From positions 1 to 36,368 of the forward strand of contig JAZROU010000020.1 of the NCBI GenBank assembly GCA_045648865.1: 36,368 nucleotides of DNA, given 5' to 3'. Source of the DNA: Candidatus Enterousia sp. GTDB lineage: Bacteria > Pseudomonadota > Alphaproteobacteria > Rs-D84. The position numbers and the translations under genes were made by a program. The notes below the pieces were generated by a model. The model saw only the letters and a list, made by a program, of their open reading frames with translations. It did not search any database and had not been told where the DNA came from. Below are positions 17,621 through 26,569 of this stretch, one piece after another (the first letter of the stretch is position 1; every line of letters begins with the position of its first letter).

Positions 17621-20600
17621 CTATTCGTCTGTTGTTAACGGCAGATTTGGGAACTCGCCTTCTATTATTATATCATCATTGTAACACGTCGGCGCGACAT
17701 TGCACTTTGTCGTGGCGTTTACTCGTGTTACAACACTGCCCAACGTTGTGTTCATACTTTCAACATCTGACTCTGCTGAATTAATCCTGTCTTCATGATC
17801 TCCAATCAGGGTCGCGTTCGCAGATATGTTGTTCGTATTCAAGGTTATATTATTGGTATTACTTGTCACCTTGGCTGAAAGCGTCGTAAAGTTTGGATCA
17901 GATGCTAACTTTGTTTTCAGCACACTTCCAAACATGTCCGGTGTTACAATCGCGCCATTAAATCGGGCTGCAATATCCGTCGAACTGTTTTCCACAAATG
18001 TCATAAAGTTATTCGCAAAGCTGGACGTTTTCATATATTGGTCTAATACTGCCGGCTTCACAAATACGCTATCCAATGCGCTAACAGCATCCTCGCGTGC
18101 AGCTGTTTCCGCATTGATCAGTTCTTGTACTGATGCATTCGTCGCCAAGTTTGCCAAAGCACCTGGTCTTACGAACTTATCCTGTATCAAGCCTTCGATA
18201 TGATCTGCGCTATTAATAGATGTGGTCAGCTGCAAGATCTGTTCAGAATTACTTAACATATTGCCGAACCAGTTTCTATCCAGCGAACCCATTGTTACAT
18301 ATTCCGCATCTTCGATATTATCCAGTCTGCCACTCAGACCTGTAATAACAGTGTTAGTTGCCAGTTCTGTTGTTTTAACATAATCGCCCAAAGCACCTGG
18401 TCTTACGAACTTATCCTGTATCAAGCCTTCGATATGATCTGCACTGTTAATAGATGTGGTCAGCTGCAAGATCTGTTCGGAATTACTTAACATATTGCCG
18501 AACCAGTTTCTGTCCAGCGAACCCATTGTTACATATTCTGCATCTTCGATATCATCCAGTCTACCACTCAGCCCTGTAATAACAGTGTTAGTTGCCAGTT
18601 CTGTTGTTTTAACATAATCGCCCAAAGCACCTGGTCTTACGAACTTATCCTGTATCAAGCCTTCGATATGATCTGCGCTATTAATAGATGTGGTCAGCTG
18701 CAAGATCTGTTCGGAATTACTTAACATATTGCCGAACCAGTTTCTATCCAGCGAACCCATTGTTACATACTCTGCCTTTTCAATATTAGTAAGTCTGTCA
18801 ACCAGTCCTGTCAAAGTTCCATCATTAACAACGAATGTGTTTTTGAAGTTGTCGTTCTTTAACAATTCTGTTCCGATTGTGCCTGCATGTGTGCCGATCT
18901 CATCAATCAGTACATAGTTATCCAAAGCGCCTGGTCTTACGAACTTATCCTGTATCAAGCCTTCGATATGATCCGCGCTATTAATAGATGTGGTCAGTTC
19001 TATAAACTTGTCCGCATCACTTAACATATTGCCGAACCAGTTTCTATCCAGCGAACCCATTGTTACATACTCTGCATCTTCGATGTCATCCAGTCTGCCA
19101 CTCAGACCTGTAATAACAGTGTTAGTTGCCAGTTCTGTTGTTTTAACATAATCGCCCAAAGCACCTGGTCTTACGAACTTGTCCTGTATCAAGCCTTCGA
19201 TATGATCTGCACTGTTAATAGATGTGGTCAGCTGCAAGATCTGTTCGGAATTACTTAACATATTGCCGAACCAGTTTCTATCCAGCGAACCCATTGTTAC
19301 ATATTCTGCATCTTCGATATCATCCAGTCTGCCACTCAGCCCTGTAATAACAGTGTTAGTTGCCAGTTCTGTTGTTTTAACATAATCGCCCAAAGCACCT
19401 GGTCTTACGAACTTATCCTGTATCAAGCCTTCGATATGATCTGCGCTATTAATAGATGTGGTCAGTTCTATAAACTTGTCCGCATCGCTTAACATAGTAC
19501 CGAACCAGTTTCTATCCAAAGAACCCGCAGTTACATATTCCGCATCTTCGATATTATCCAGTCTGCCACTCAGCCCTGTAATAACAGTGTTAGTTGCCAG
19601 TTCAGTTGTTTTAACATAATCGCCCAAAGCACCTGGTCTTACAAACTTATCCTGTATCAAGCCTTCGATATGATCTGCGCTATTAATAGATGTGGTCAGC
19701 TGCAAGATCTGTTCAGAATTACTTAACATAGTACCAAACCAGTTTCTATCCAGCGAACCTGCAGTTACATACTCTGCATCTTCAATATTATCCAGTCTGC
19801 CACTCAGCCCTGTAATAACAGTGTTGGTTGCCAGTTCTGTTGTTTTAACATAATCGCCCAAAGCACCTGGTCTTACGAACTTATCCTGTATCAAGCCTTC
19901 GATATGATCTGCGCTATTAATAGATGTAGTCAGCTGCAAGATCTGTTCGGAATTACTTAACATATTGCCGAACCAGTTTCTGTCCAGCGAACCCATTGTT
20001 ACATACTCTGCCTTTTCAATATTAGTAAGTCTGTCAACCAGTCCTGTCAAAGTTCCATCATTAACCTTCACAAATACGCTATCCAATGCGTTAACAGCAT
20101 CTTCGCGTGCAGCTGTTTCTGCATCGATCAGTTCTTGTACAGAGGCATTCGTCGCCAAGTTTACCAATGCATCCGGCTTTACGAATTTACCGTCCATTGC
20201 AACAATCTTGGCATTATTTTCATTTATATTTTTTTGCAATATTTGTATTTCACTGTTCACTTGGCTCGCCCTTGCATAAGAGTCTTCAATGCCATTGACT
20301 CTATTTCTCAGTGTCTGAAACACAACCGCGTTTTCCAAAGAATCTTCGCTAATAACCTTTTTGTCGATTAATTTTGTGTCAACAATATTTGCAACAGTTG
20401 CAGAATCCACGCCCAATTCCAGATTTTCTAGGTCCATTTTGGTTGCAAAGTTCGCATTTGCAACATGTTGTTTTGCTTCTTCTATTGCTGCAGAATATGC
20501 ATCTGTAACGTCCGTCGCCCTTGCGTAATTTTTCAAGGCGGCATTACGTTCAGCCGCTACATCTGCTTTTGCAGTTTTTATTTGTTCTTGAACGGCCGCT

Positions 20601-21184
20601 GTTGTCGCAAACCCCATCCCATCTACAGCCAACAGTGCTGCCTCTTTTGCATCTTTTACTGCTGCTGTTTTTGCAATATTTATTTCTGATTTTACTGTAT
20701 CTACTGAAACAAATCCGTGGCGTTCAATTTCATTTTTGATAGCTGCTGGCATATTGTTTACGGTTGCCTTTACTTCTTCGTAATCGTCGATTGATTTTTC
20801 CAGTTGTGCGATTTTTTTATCTTTTTCCTCAATTTCATTGTGCAGACGATCAATTTCTTTTTGAGTCTCAGCCAGCTGTTCATTTACTAATTCTTGTACG
20901 CGTTGTATTTCAGCATAGACAGTCTCCATCAGTTCTTCTTGCTTGTTTGATGGCGCAGTGCTGGGCAAAAGCGTTTGCACACGATTAGAATGCAACTTAT
21001 TAATTCCATTGCCCTTAAGTCCGATGGAAGTGACAGATTTTCTGTTCGATTGTGTTGACGAAGAAGATTGATGTTCGGCTGGCGTTATTTTCATTGTGCC
21101 ACCACGAACAACTGGCACAACCGCAAATGCACCATACGATAATACTGCCATCAATGCCGCAAAAATCACGGATTTCTTTAACAT
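17621..21184 (-). CDS. Large secreted fibrous/coiled-coil protein with 78-aa tandem repeats
   Basis: Signal peptide MLKKSVIFAALMAVLSYGAFA, SD AAGGAG, N-terminal coiled coil, eight SLDRNWFG-containing repeats and an Asn-rich heptad segment near the C-terminus. Confidence 0.85.
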   Translation of the reverse strand: MLKKSVIFAALMAVLSYGAFAVVPVVRGGTMKITPAEHQSSSSTQSNRKSVTSIGLKGNGINKLHSNRVQTLLPSTAPSNKQEELMETVYAEIQRVQELVNEQLAETQKEIDRLHNEIEEKDKKIAQLEKSIDDYEEVKATVNNMPAAIKNEIERHGFVSVDTVKSEINIAKTAAVKDAKEAALLAVDGMGFATTAAVQEQIKTAKADVAAERNAALKNYARATDVTDAYSAAIEEAKQHVANANFATKMDLENLELGVDSATVANIVDTKLIDKKVISEDSLENAVVFQTLRNRVNGIEDSYARASQVNSEIQILQKNINENNAKIVAMDGKFVKPDALVNLATNASVQELIDAETAAREDAVNALDSVFVKVNDGTLTGLVDRLTNIEKAEYVTMGSLDRNWFGNMLSNSEQILQLTTSINSADHIEGLIQDKFVRPGALGDYVKTTELATNTVITGLSGRLDNIEDAEYVTAGSLDRNWFGTMLSNSEQILQLTTSINSADHIEGLIQDKFVRPGALGDYVKTTELATNTVITGLSGRLDNIEDAEYVTAGSLDRNWFGTMLSDADKFIELTTSINSADHIEGLIQDKFVRPGALGDYVKTTELATNTVITGLSGRLDDIEDAEYVTMGSLDRNWFGNMLSNSEQILQLTTSINSADHIEGLIQDKFVRPGALGDYVKTTELATNTVITGLSGRLDDIEDAEYVTMGSLDRNWFGNMLSDADKFIELTTSINSADHIEGLIQDKFVRPGALDNYVLIDEIGTHAGTIGTELLKNDNFKNTFVVNDGTLTGLVDRLTNIEKAEYVTMGSLDRNWFGNMLSNSEQILQLTTSINSADHIEGLIQDKFVRPGALGDYVKTTELATNTVITGLSGRLDDIEDAEYVTMGSLDRNWFGNMLSNSEQILQLTTSINSADHIEGLIQDKFVRPGALGDYVKTTELATNTVITGLSGRLDNIEDAEYVTMGSLDRNWFGNMLSNSEQILQLTTSINSADHIEGLIQDKFVRPGALANLATNASVQELINAETAAREDAVSALDSVFVKPAVLDQYMKTSSFANNFMTFVENSSTDIAARFNGAIVTPDMFGSVLKTKLASDPNFTTLSAKVTSNTNNITLNTNNISANATLIGDHEDRINSAESDVESMNTTLGSVVTRVNATTKCNVAPTCYNDDIIIEGEFPNLPLTTDE
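18155..20065 (-). repeat. Intragenic tandem array: 8 near-identical units of 234 bp (one spacing of 300 bp)
   Basis: AACCAGTTTC recurs at 18267, 18501, 18735, 19035, 19269, 19503, 19737 and 19971. Confidence 0.95.
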
Positions 21185-21261
21185 TTCTTCTCCTTACAAA
21201 ATTCCATCAATACAATGCTAGAAAAAAATGCCTATATTCGGCAACAAAAAAATCTAGATAT

Positions 21262-21290
21262 AAAAAAATCCCCCATGCGGGGGACTGTTT
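21262..21290 (-). terminator. Intrinsic terminator after gap
   Basis: Minus strand TCCCCC-GCAT-GGGGGA followed by a T tract. Confidence 0.8.
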
Positions 21291-22291
21291 TATTTAATCA
21301 GTTTGCCCATTGCGACCGCTGTATCGCACATCCGGTTTGAAAATCCCCATTCGTTATCGTACCACGCTGTCACATGAACCAATCTGTCGCCCAAAACTTT
21401 GGTCTGGCCTGCGTCAAATATTGAACTGTGTGCATCGTGTGTAAAATCAATGGACACCAATGGCAGGTCGTTATAACCAAACGTTTTTGATTCTGCGTCC
21501 CGCATTGCTTTATTTATTGCGTCAACAGTCGCGTCACGTTCCAGGTTTACCACCAGTTCCACAACAGATACATCCGGCGTTGGAACGCGAATTGCCATGC
21601 CATCTAATTTTCCGGCCAGTTCAGGCAAAACCAATCCAATTGCCTTGGCTGCACCTGTGCTGGTTGGAATCATAGATAAATTTGCTGCACGTGCGCGACG
21701 AAAATCCTTGTGATTTTTGTCCAGTAATTGTTGATCGCCTGTATATGCATGCACAGTTGTCATCCACCCAGAAACAATGCCGAATTTATCATTTAATACT
21801 TTGGCCACTGGCGCCAAGCAATTTGTTGTGCATGATGCATTTGACACAATAATATCATCAGACGTCAGCATATCTTGGTTAACACCAAAAACGATCGTTT
21901 TGTCTGCCCCGGCAGATGGCGCGGATACCAATACTCGTTTTGCACCTGCGTCAATATGTACGCGTGCTTTATCTGCGGCTGTAAATATACCGGTGCATTC
22001 CATTACAACATCTATCCCCAGTTCGCCCCATGGTAACTTTGCTGGGTCGCGTTCTGCGATACATTTTATTTTTTGTCCCCCGACCAGAATATATTCGCCA
22101 TCCAGCTTGACATCCATCGGCAGGTTTCCATGCACAGAATCATATTTCAACAGGTATGCATTTTGTTCTGCTGGCGCCAAATCGTTAACAGCAACAAATT
22201 CAATATCGTCACGTCCCGATTCCAACGCCGCGCGCAATACCAAGCGCCCTATGCGCCCAAAACCATTAATTGCAACTTTTAATTTTGACAT
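21290..22291 (-). CDS. gap: Type I glyceraldehyde-3-phosphate dehydrogenase
   Basis: INGFGRIGR, ASCTTNCLAP, IPTSTGAAKA and WYDNEWG. Start at MSKLK (22291). Confidence 0.97.
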   Translation of the reverse strand: MSKLKVAINGFGRIGRLVLRAALESGRDDIEFVAVNDLAPAEQNAYLLKYDSVHGNLPMDVKLDGEYILVGGQKIKCIAERDPAKLPWGELGIDVVMECTGIFTAADKARVHIDAGAKRVLVSAPSAGADKTIVFGVNQDMLTSDDIIVSNASCTTNCLAPVAKVLNDKFGIVSGWMTTVHAYTGDQQLLDKNHKDFRRARAANLSMIPTSTGAAKAIGLVLPELAGKLDGMAIRVPTPDVSVVELVVNLERDATVDAINKAMRDAESKTFGYNDLPLVSIDFTHDAHSSIFDAGQTKVLGDRLVHVTAWYDNEWGFSNRMCDTAVAMGKLIK

Positions 22292-22412
22292 TCTTAAATT
22301 CCTTTCCTTGTTATACATTCAGATTAATTGGACGCGCCAATAATAGCGCCTGTTAAAATAAAACACAATATTTTATTTACATTTATGATATGTTTACTAT
22401 AATTTACCCACA

Positions 22413-23306
22413 ATGACACCGCAATCGTATATAATAACAGGTCCAACTGCATCGGGCAAATCAGATTTTGCCCATGCTTTGGCGTCTCGTATAAATGGTG
22501 TTATCATAAATTGTGACAGTGTTCAAATATATCGCGGCATTGAATCCATTTCGGCCAGTCCATTTGTTGGCCGCAATACATTTACAGAAATTGATGGCGT
22601 GCCGTATCGATTGTTTTCCATATTGCCATTGTCCCAGCAAATATCTGTTGCACAGTACTTGGCCCTGGCGCGCCAAGAATACGAATCCGCCATCAGGGCA
22701 GGGCGCCCAGTAATTTTTGTTGGTGGCACAGGATATTATATAAATGCATTAATAAATGGTCTGTCACCAATGCCGGACATATCTGATGAAAATCGTTTGC
22801 GTGCCCGTCAATTGGTGGCCAACGATATTGCGGCCGCACGCAGTATGTTGCCAGACGATTTTGTCGCCACAGACCCCCAGCGCATTGCCCGCGCAGTCGA
22901 GGTTTATTTGCAAACCGGCCACCATATCACAGAATTCCAGAATATGGCGCGTTCTGGGGCGCTTGTTCCAAATGCAAAGCGCATTCTGGTGTGCCCTGAT
23001 TCTGATGTGTTGCGGGAACGTATTGCAGCGCGCATTCCATTAATGTTGTCCGCCGGCGCCCTGCAAGAGGCCCAGCGTATAATTGATTCAGACTGGGACG
23101 AAAATCGTGCCATTGGCGCCGTTCAGCTATGTAAATTCATTCGCGGTGAAATATCCGAAGCGGAATGTATAAAAAATTGGATAACACGCACGAACCAGTA
23201 TGCCAAGCGCCAGCGTACCTGGTTTCGTACGCAGTATAATCCCGATATCATTTTGAATCATGTTCCCGTGACAGACGATGTTGCAATTTTATTAAATCAA
23301 ATGTAA
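22413..23306 (+). CDS. miaA: tRNA dimethylallyltransferase
   Basis: GPTASGKS, DSVQIYRG, VGGTGYY, DPQRIARAVEV and YAKRQRTWFR. Confidence 0.95.
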   Translation: MTPQSYIITGPTASGKSDFAHALASRINGVIINCDSVQIYRGIESISASPFVGRNTFTEIDGVPYRLFSILPLSQQISVAQYLALARQEYESAIRAGRPVIFVGGTGYYINALINGLSPMPDISDENRLRARQLVANDIAAARSMLPDDFVATDPQRIARAVEVYLQTGHHITEFQNMARSGALVPNAKRILVCPDSDVLRERIAARIPLMLSAGALQEAQRIIDSDWDENRAIGAVQLCKFIRGEISEAECIKNWITRTNQYAKRQRTWFRTQYNPDIILNHVPVTDDVAILLNQM

Positions 23307-23309
23307 AAT
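23281..23309 (+). promoter_or_regulatory. Putative sigma70 promoter of lemA
   Basis: TTGCAA-17 nt-TAAAAT, with SD AAGGAG downstream. Confidence 0.5.
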
Positions 23310-23336
23310 ACACATATTAACCTAAGGAGAAAAGTT

Positions 23337-23876
23337 ATGTGGACCACAATCGCAGTTATCGCAGTTTTATTATTATATGTTATCGCCGTTTACAACGGCC
23401 TGGTTGCGCGCCGGAACCAGGCACGCGAAGCCTGGGCCACAGTTGACACCCAGTTAAAGCGTCGATATGACTTGATACCAAACTTGGTTGAAACCGTTCG
23501 TGGCGCGGCCAAGCATGAATCTGAAACATTGTCTGCTGTGACGGCGGCCCGCAATGCAGCCATGGCTGCCAACGGCCCTGCATCGGCCGATGCGCAAAAT
23601 AAATTAACCCAAACATTAAAAAGCCTGTTTGCGGTTGCAGAAAGCTATCCTGATTTAAAGGCAAATCAAAACTTTTTGGAATTACAGCGCGAACTGACAG
23701 ATACAGAAACAAAAATCCAGGCATCGCGTCAATTTTACAACACAGTTGTCATGGCATTAAACACCCAGATAGAACAGTTCCCATCCAGCATAGTTGCACG
23801 TATGTTTGGTATATTGCCTGAAAAAATGTTTGAAATTGATGATGCCGAACGCATCGCCCCCCAGGTTAAATTCTGA
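23337..23876 (+). CDS. lemA: LemA family protein
   Basis: N-terminal TM, YNGLV, QLKRRYDLIPNLVETV and AESYPDLKANQNF. Confidence 0.94.
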   Translation: MWTTIAVIAVLLLYVIAVYNGLVARRNQAREAWATVDTQLKRRYDLIPNLVETVRGAAKHESETLSAVTAARNAAMAANGPASADAQNKLTQTLKSLFAVAESYPDLKANQNFLELQRELTDTETKIQASRQFYNTVVMALNTQIEQFPSSIVARMFGILPEKMFEIDDAERIAPQVKF

Positions 23877-24004
23877 TGATGCAAGATTTTACATCGTACA
23901 CACATAATGCCAATCAAATCGCATGCCAATTTGGTTGGCCTTTTAACAGTAACAGCAATTTCAGTTCAAACAATTCTTGTGTTCTAAACTCTATAAAATA
24001 AATC

Positions 24005-25279
24005 ATGTTTGAAAACGTAAAACCAATCTTGAACGCGACACAGATTTCTGCATTTGATGCGATTGAGCACACGAATTCTAATCTGTTGATATTGGGGCCG
24101 GCCGGAACCGGAAAATCAACATTTGTAAACTATCTGAAAAGTGCATCGAAAAAGCGTATTGTCTGTGCGTGTCCCACGGCGGTATCTGCATTAAATGTTG
24201 GTGGTCAAACAATTCACTCATTATTTCAGATTCAGCCACGCGATTTTATTATGCCAGAATTTTTAAAGCTAAAGGCCAAGCCACGCAATATTCTGGCAGC
24301 AACGGATGTCTTGATTGTTGATGAAATATCAATGGTTGCCCCAGATTTGTTGGACGCGATTGATATATTGGCGCGTATGGCGCGTCATAACAACGAACCA
24401 TTTGGTGGAATTCAAATCGTGGCCATCGGCGACCTGTTCCAGTTGCCCCCTGTGATAACACGCGAAGCGACCCAGTACTATGAATCTGAATACGGTCACC
24501 CGAATGCGTACTTTTTTGACAGCAATGTATACAAACGCGCAAACTTTATAAAATACAATTTTGATTTTGTTTATCGTCAAAATGATTTGCCATTATTGGA
24601 AAATCTGGTTCAGTTGCGTAACAACAATACGACCAGTCTAGAATTTTTTAACGCATGTAAAATTGCAGATGACACGCGTCGTGATAATGCGGTGCTAATA
24701 ACACCGTTTCGTGCGGTCGCCGAACGTATAAATGCAACGCGTTTGGCGCAAATAAATGAAACATCGGTTGTATATAATGGTGTTTTATCTGGTAATTTTT
24801 CTGAACGCGATGTCCCCGCGCCCCTGGCACTGGAATTAAAGGTTGGTGCACTGGTTGTCTTTGTTAAAAATGGTGACAAATGGCACAATGGATCGATGGG
24901 TTTGGTTCGTAATTTGTCCGCGCGTGAAATTGTCGTTCAGTTATTGTCAGATTCGCGCGACCTGGTGTCTGTTAAGCCTGATAAATGGGAAAAAATAGAA
25001 TATTCGCGCGATGAAAACGATCGTCTGGTTGAAAACGAAGTCGGCGCTTATAAGCAATTTCCATTAAGTCTTGGTTATGCAATGACGATACACCGTGCCC
25101 AGGGAAAAACGCTGGATGCGGTTGTGGTCGATATTTCGCGTGGTGCATTTGCGCACGGCCAGGTATATGTTGCGCTGTCGCGCACGCGGCGCGCATCTGA
25201 TATGCATATCGCATCACCGTTGCGTCCACGTGATGTTATTTTTGACGGGCGTGTACTGGATTTTATAAACGCTTTATAG
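24005..25279 (+). CDS. Pif1/RecD-like SF1B DNA helicase
   Basis: GPAGTGKS, DEISMV, GDLFQLPPV, YRQ, PLSLGYAMTIHRAQGKTLD and GQVYVALSR. Confidence 0.9.
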   Translation: MFENVKPILNATQISAFDAIEHTNSNLLILGPAGTGKSTFVNYLKSASKKRIVCACPTAVSALNVGGQTIHSLFQIQPRDFIMPEFLKLKAKPRNILAATDVLIVDEISMVAPDLLDAIDILARMARHNNEPFGGIQIVAIGDLFQLPPVITREATQYYESEYGHPNAYFFDSNVYKRANFIKYNFDFVYRQNDLPLLENLVQLRNNNTTSLEFFNACKIADDTRRDNAVLITPFRAVAERINATRLAQINETSVVYNGVLSGNFSERDVPAPLALELKVGALVVFVKNGDKWHNGSMGLVRNLSAREIVVQLLSDSRDLVSVKPDKWEKIEYSRDENDRLVENEVGAYKQFPLSLGYAMTIHRAQGKTLDAVVVDISRGAFAHGQVYVALSRTRRASDMHIASPLRPRDVIFDGRVLDFINAL

Positions 25280-25660
25280 TTCTTTTTTCATCATTATGGC
25301 GTCAATGCCATCATAATATTTGGGGCGCACCCCAATTTTTTTATACCCATTCATTTCATACAGCATACGCGCAGGGGTGTTATTATCTGCGACCTCTAAA
25401 AAAACAGACTTGATTCCGTTTTTGCGCAGTTCATTTTCCATGATTCCCAACATCGCAGCTGCAATTCCACCGCGTCGCGCGTTAGGGTGAACACCAATTG
25501 TAATAATCTCGGCTTCGTCTGCGACGGCGCGCCATACGATAAATCCGTTTTGACTGGCAATAATCTCACAGCCCGATTTTTTCAGGTCTGCGAAATCATT
25601 TGCTGTCCATGGTTTTTCAGGAAAGCACAGTTTATGTAAATCGGCCAGATTATCTAGCAT
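25274..25660 (-). CDS. rimI: GNAT N-acetyltransferase, RimI-like
   Basis: PWT, EAEIITIGVHPNARRGGIA, FLEVADNN..A..LY and RPKYY; near tsaB. Start at MLDNL (25660). Confidence 0.85.
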   Translation of the reverse strand: MLDNLADLHKLCFPEKPWTANDFADLKKSGCEIIASQNGFIVWRAVADEAEIITIGVHPNARRGGIAAAMLGIMENELRKNGIKSVFLEVADNNTPARMLYEMNGYKKIGVRPKYYDGIDAIMMKKEL

Positions 25661-26018
25661 TATGTTTGTCTGCCATATATATTTCCAACATTTTTTTATA
25701 AACCTTTTGCGCGAACTGTGTGTCAAATTCGCGATGTGTTGGATTGTTAATATCATCTGACGGATACACACTCAACACAAAATATGTTGCAGGCATCAGC
25801 GATGCTTCTAATTTTTCCTCGTATTCACGATCGGCTTCAATTTTTATTCCATTCCCAATTACAGAGAATTTATTGCTGGAACGATTAAATATACGATTTG
25901 TTTTGTATTGTGTTTCTGTCCAATTGCGTGAATCGCGTTTTATACTATATGCCTCAATGGTTTTTAGTATATTTAATTTATATCTAGATAAAAACAATCT
26001 TTCAAATAAGTTTGGCAT
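25650..26018 (-). CDS. Hypothetical protein (122 aa) between tsaB and rimI
   Basis: AT-rich ORF that fills the gap exactly: 5 nt after the tsaB stop, overlaps the rimI start, SD GAGGG. Confidence 0.7.
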   Translation of the reverse strand: MPNLFERLFLSRYKLNILKTIEAYSIKRDSRNWTETQYKTNRIFNRSSNKFSVIGNGIKIEADREYEEKLEASLMPATYFVLSVYPSDDINNPTHREFDTQFAQKVYKKMLEIYMADKHNAR

Positions 26019-26023
26019 TATAT

Positions 26024-26569
26024 TTATCCCTCTTTTTTATTTTGTTCTGCATAACTTGGGCGCAAATACATTGGCGCCACAGGTTCAATTTTATTATTTG
26101 CGATTTTATCGCACACGATTTTTACTCCCTGCCGCAAATCAAATGGTTTGTGTCCAACGGTACGTGGCCATTCCATCTGTTTTGTCTCTAATTGATCGAT
26201 CACCATTGTTTGTGGCGCCAGTCCGTCTGCTGCGACGAAAAAGTCGCCACGTCCAGAATCCAAAGCTACGAATGCATCTGGTGTTTGTGCCAGATACAGG
26301 TCAAACGCACTGATTCCAACGACTGGTATCTTTAACCCCATCGCCAATCCCTTTGCGTACGCGATACCCAGACGTATTCCGGTAAAGCTGCCCGGTCCAA
26401 CGACAACACCAATGGCTGAAATATCTGACCATGTTGCCCCAGATTCGGTGATAAATTTTTCGCATTCTACCGGCAACGCAACAGATTGTTTTTCCACCAC
26501 GATGGATTTATATTTATCATCTAATACAAACTCTAAATCCTTGCCTGATGTATTAATAATTAAAATCAT
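26024..26569 (-). CDS. tsaB: t6A37 threonylcarbamoyltransferase complex subunit TsaB
   Basis: LIINTS, VVVGPGSFTGIRLGIAYAKGLA and C-terminal PMYLRPS. Confidence 0.93.
   Translation of the reverse strand: MILIINTSGKDLEFVLDDKYKSIVVEKQSVALPVECEKFITESGATWSDISAIGVVVGPGSFTGIRLGIAYAKGLAMGLKIPVVGISAFDLYLAQTPDAFVALDSGRGDFFVAADGLAPQTMVIDQLETKQMEWPRTVGHKPFDLRQGVKIVCDKIANNKIEPVAPMYLRPSYAEQNKKEG

Noticed and set aside
18155-20065. Regularly spaced repeats as a CRISPR array or DGR template/variable pair
   Set aside because: Units are 234 bp, in frame within one ORF and have no unique spacers. There are no cas or reverse-transcriptase genes, and the differences are not adenine-specific.
23877-24004. lemA-helicase intergenic region with ATGCCAAT twice and a weak hairpin; possible sRNA or htpX remnant
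   Set aside because: The repeat is short, the stem is imperfect, and no coding remnant is recognisable.
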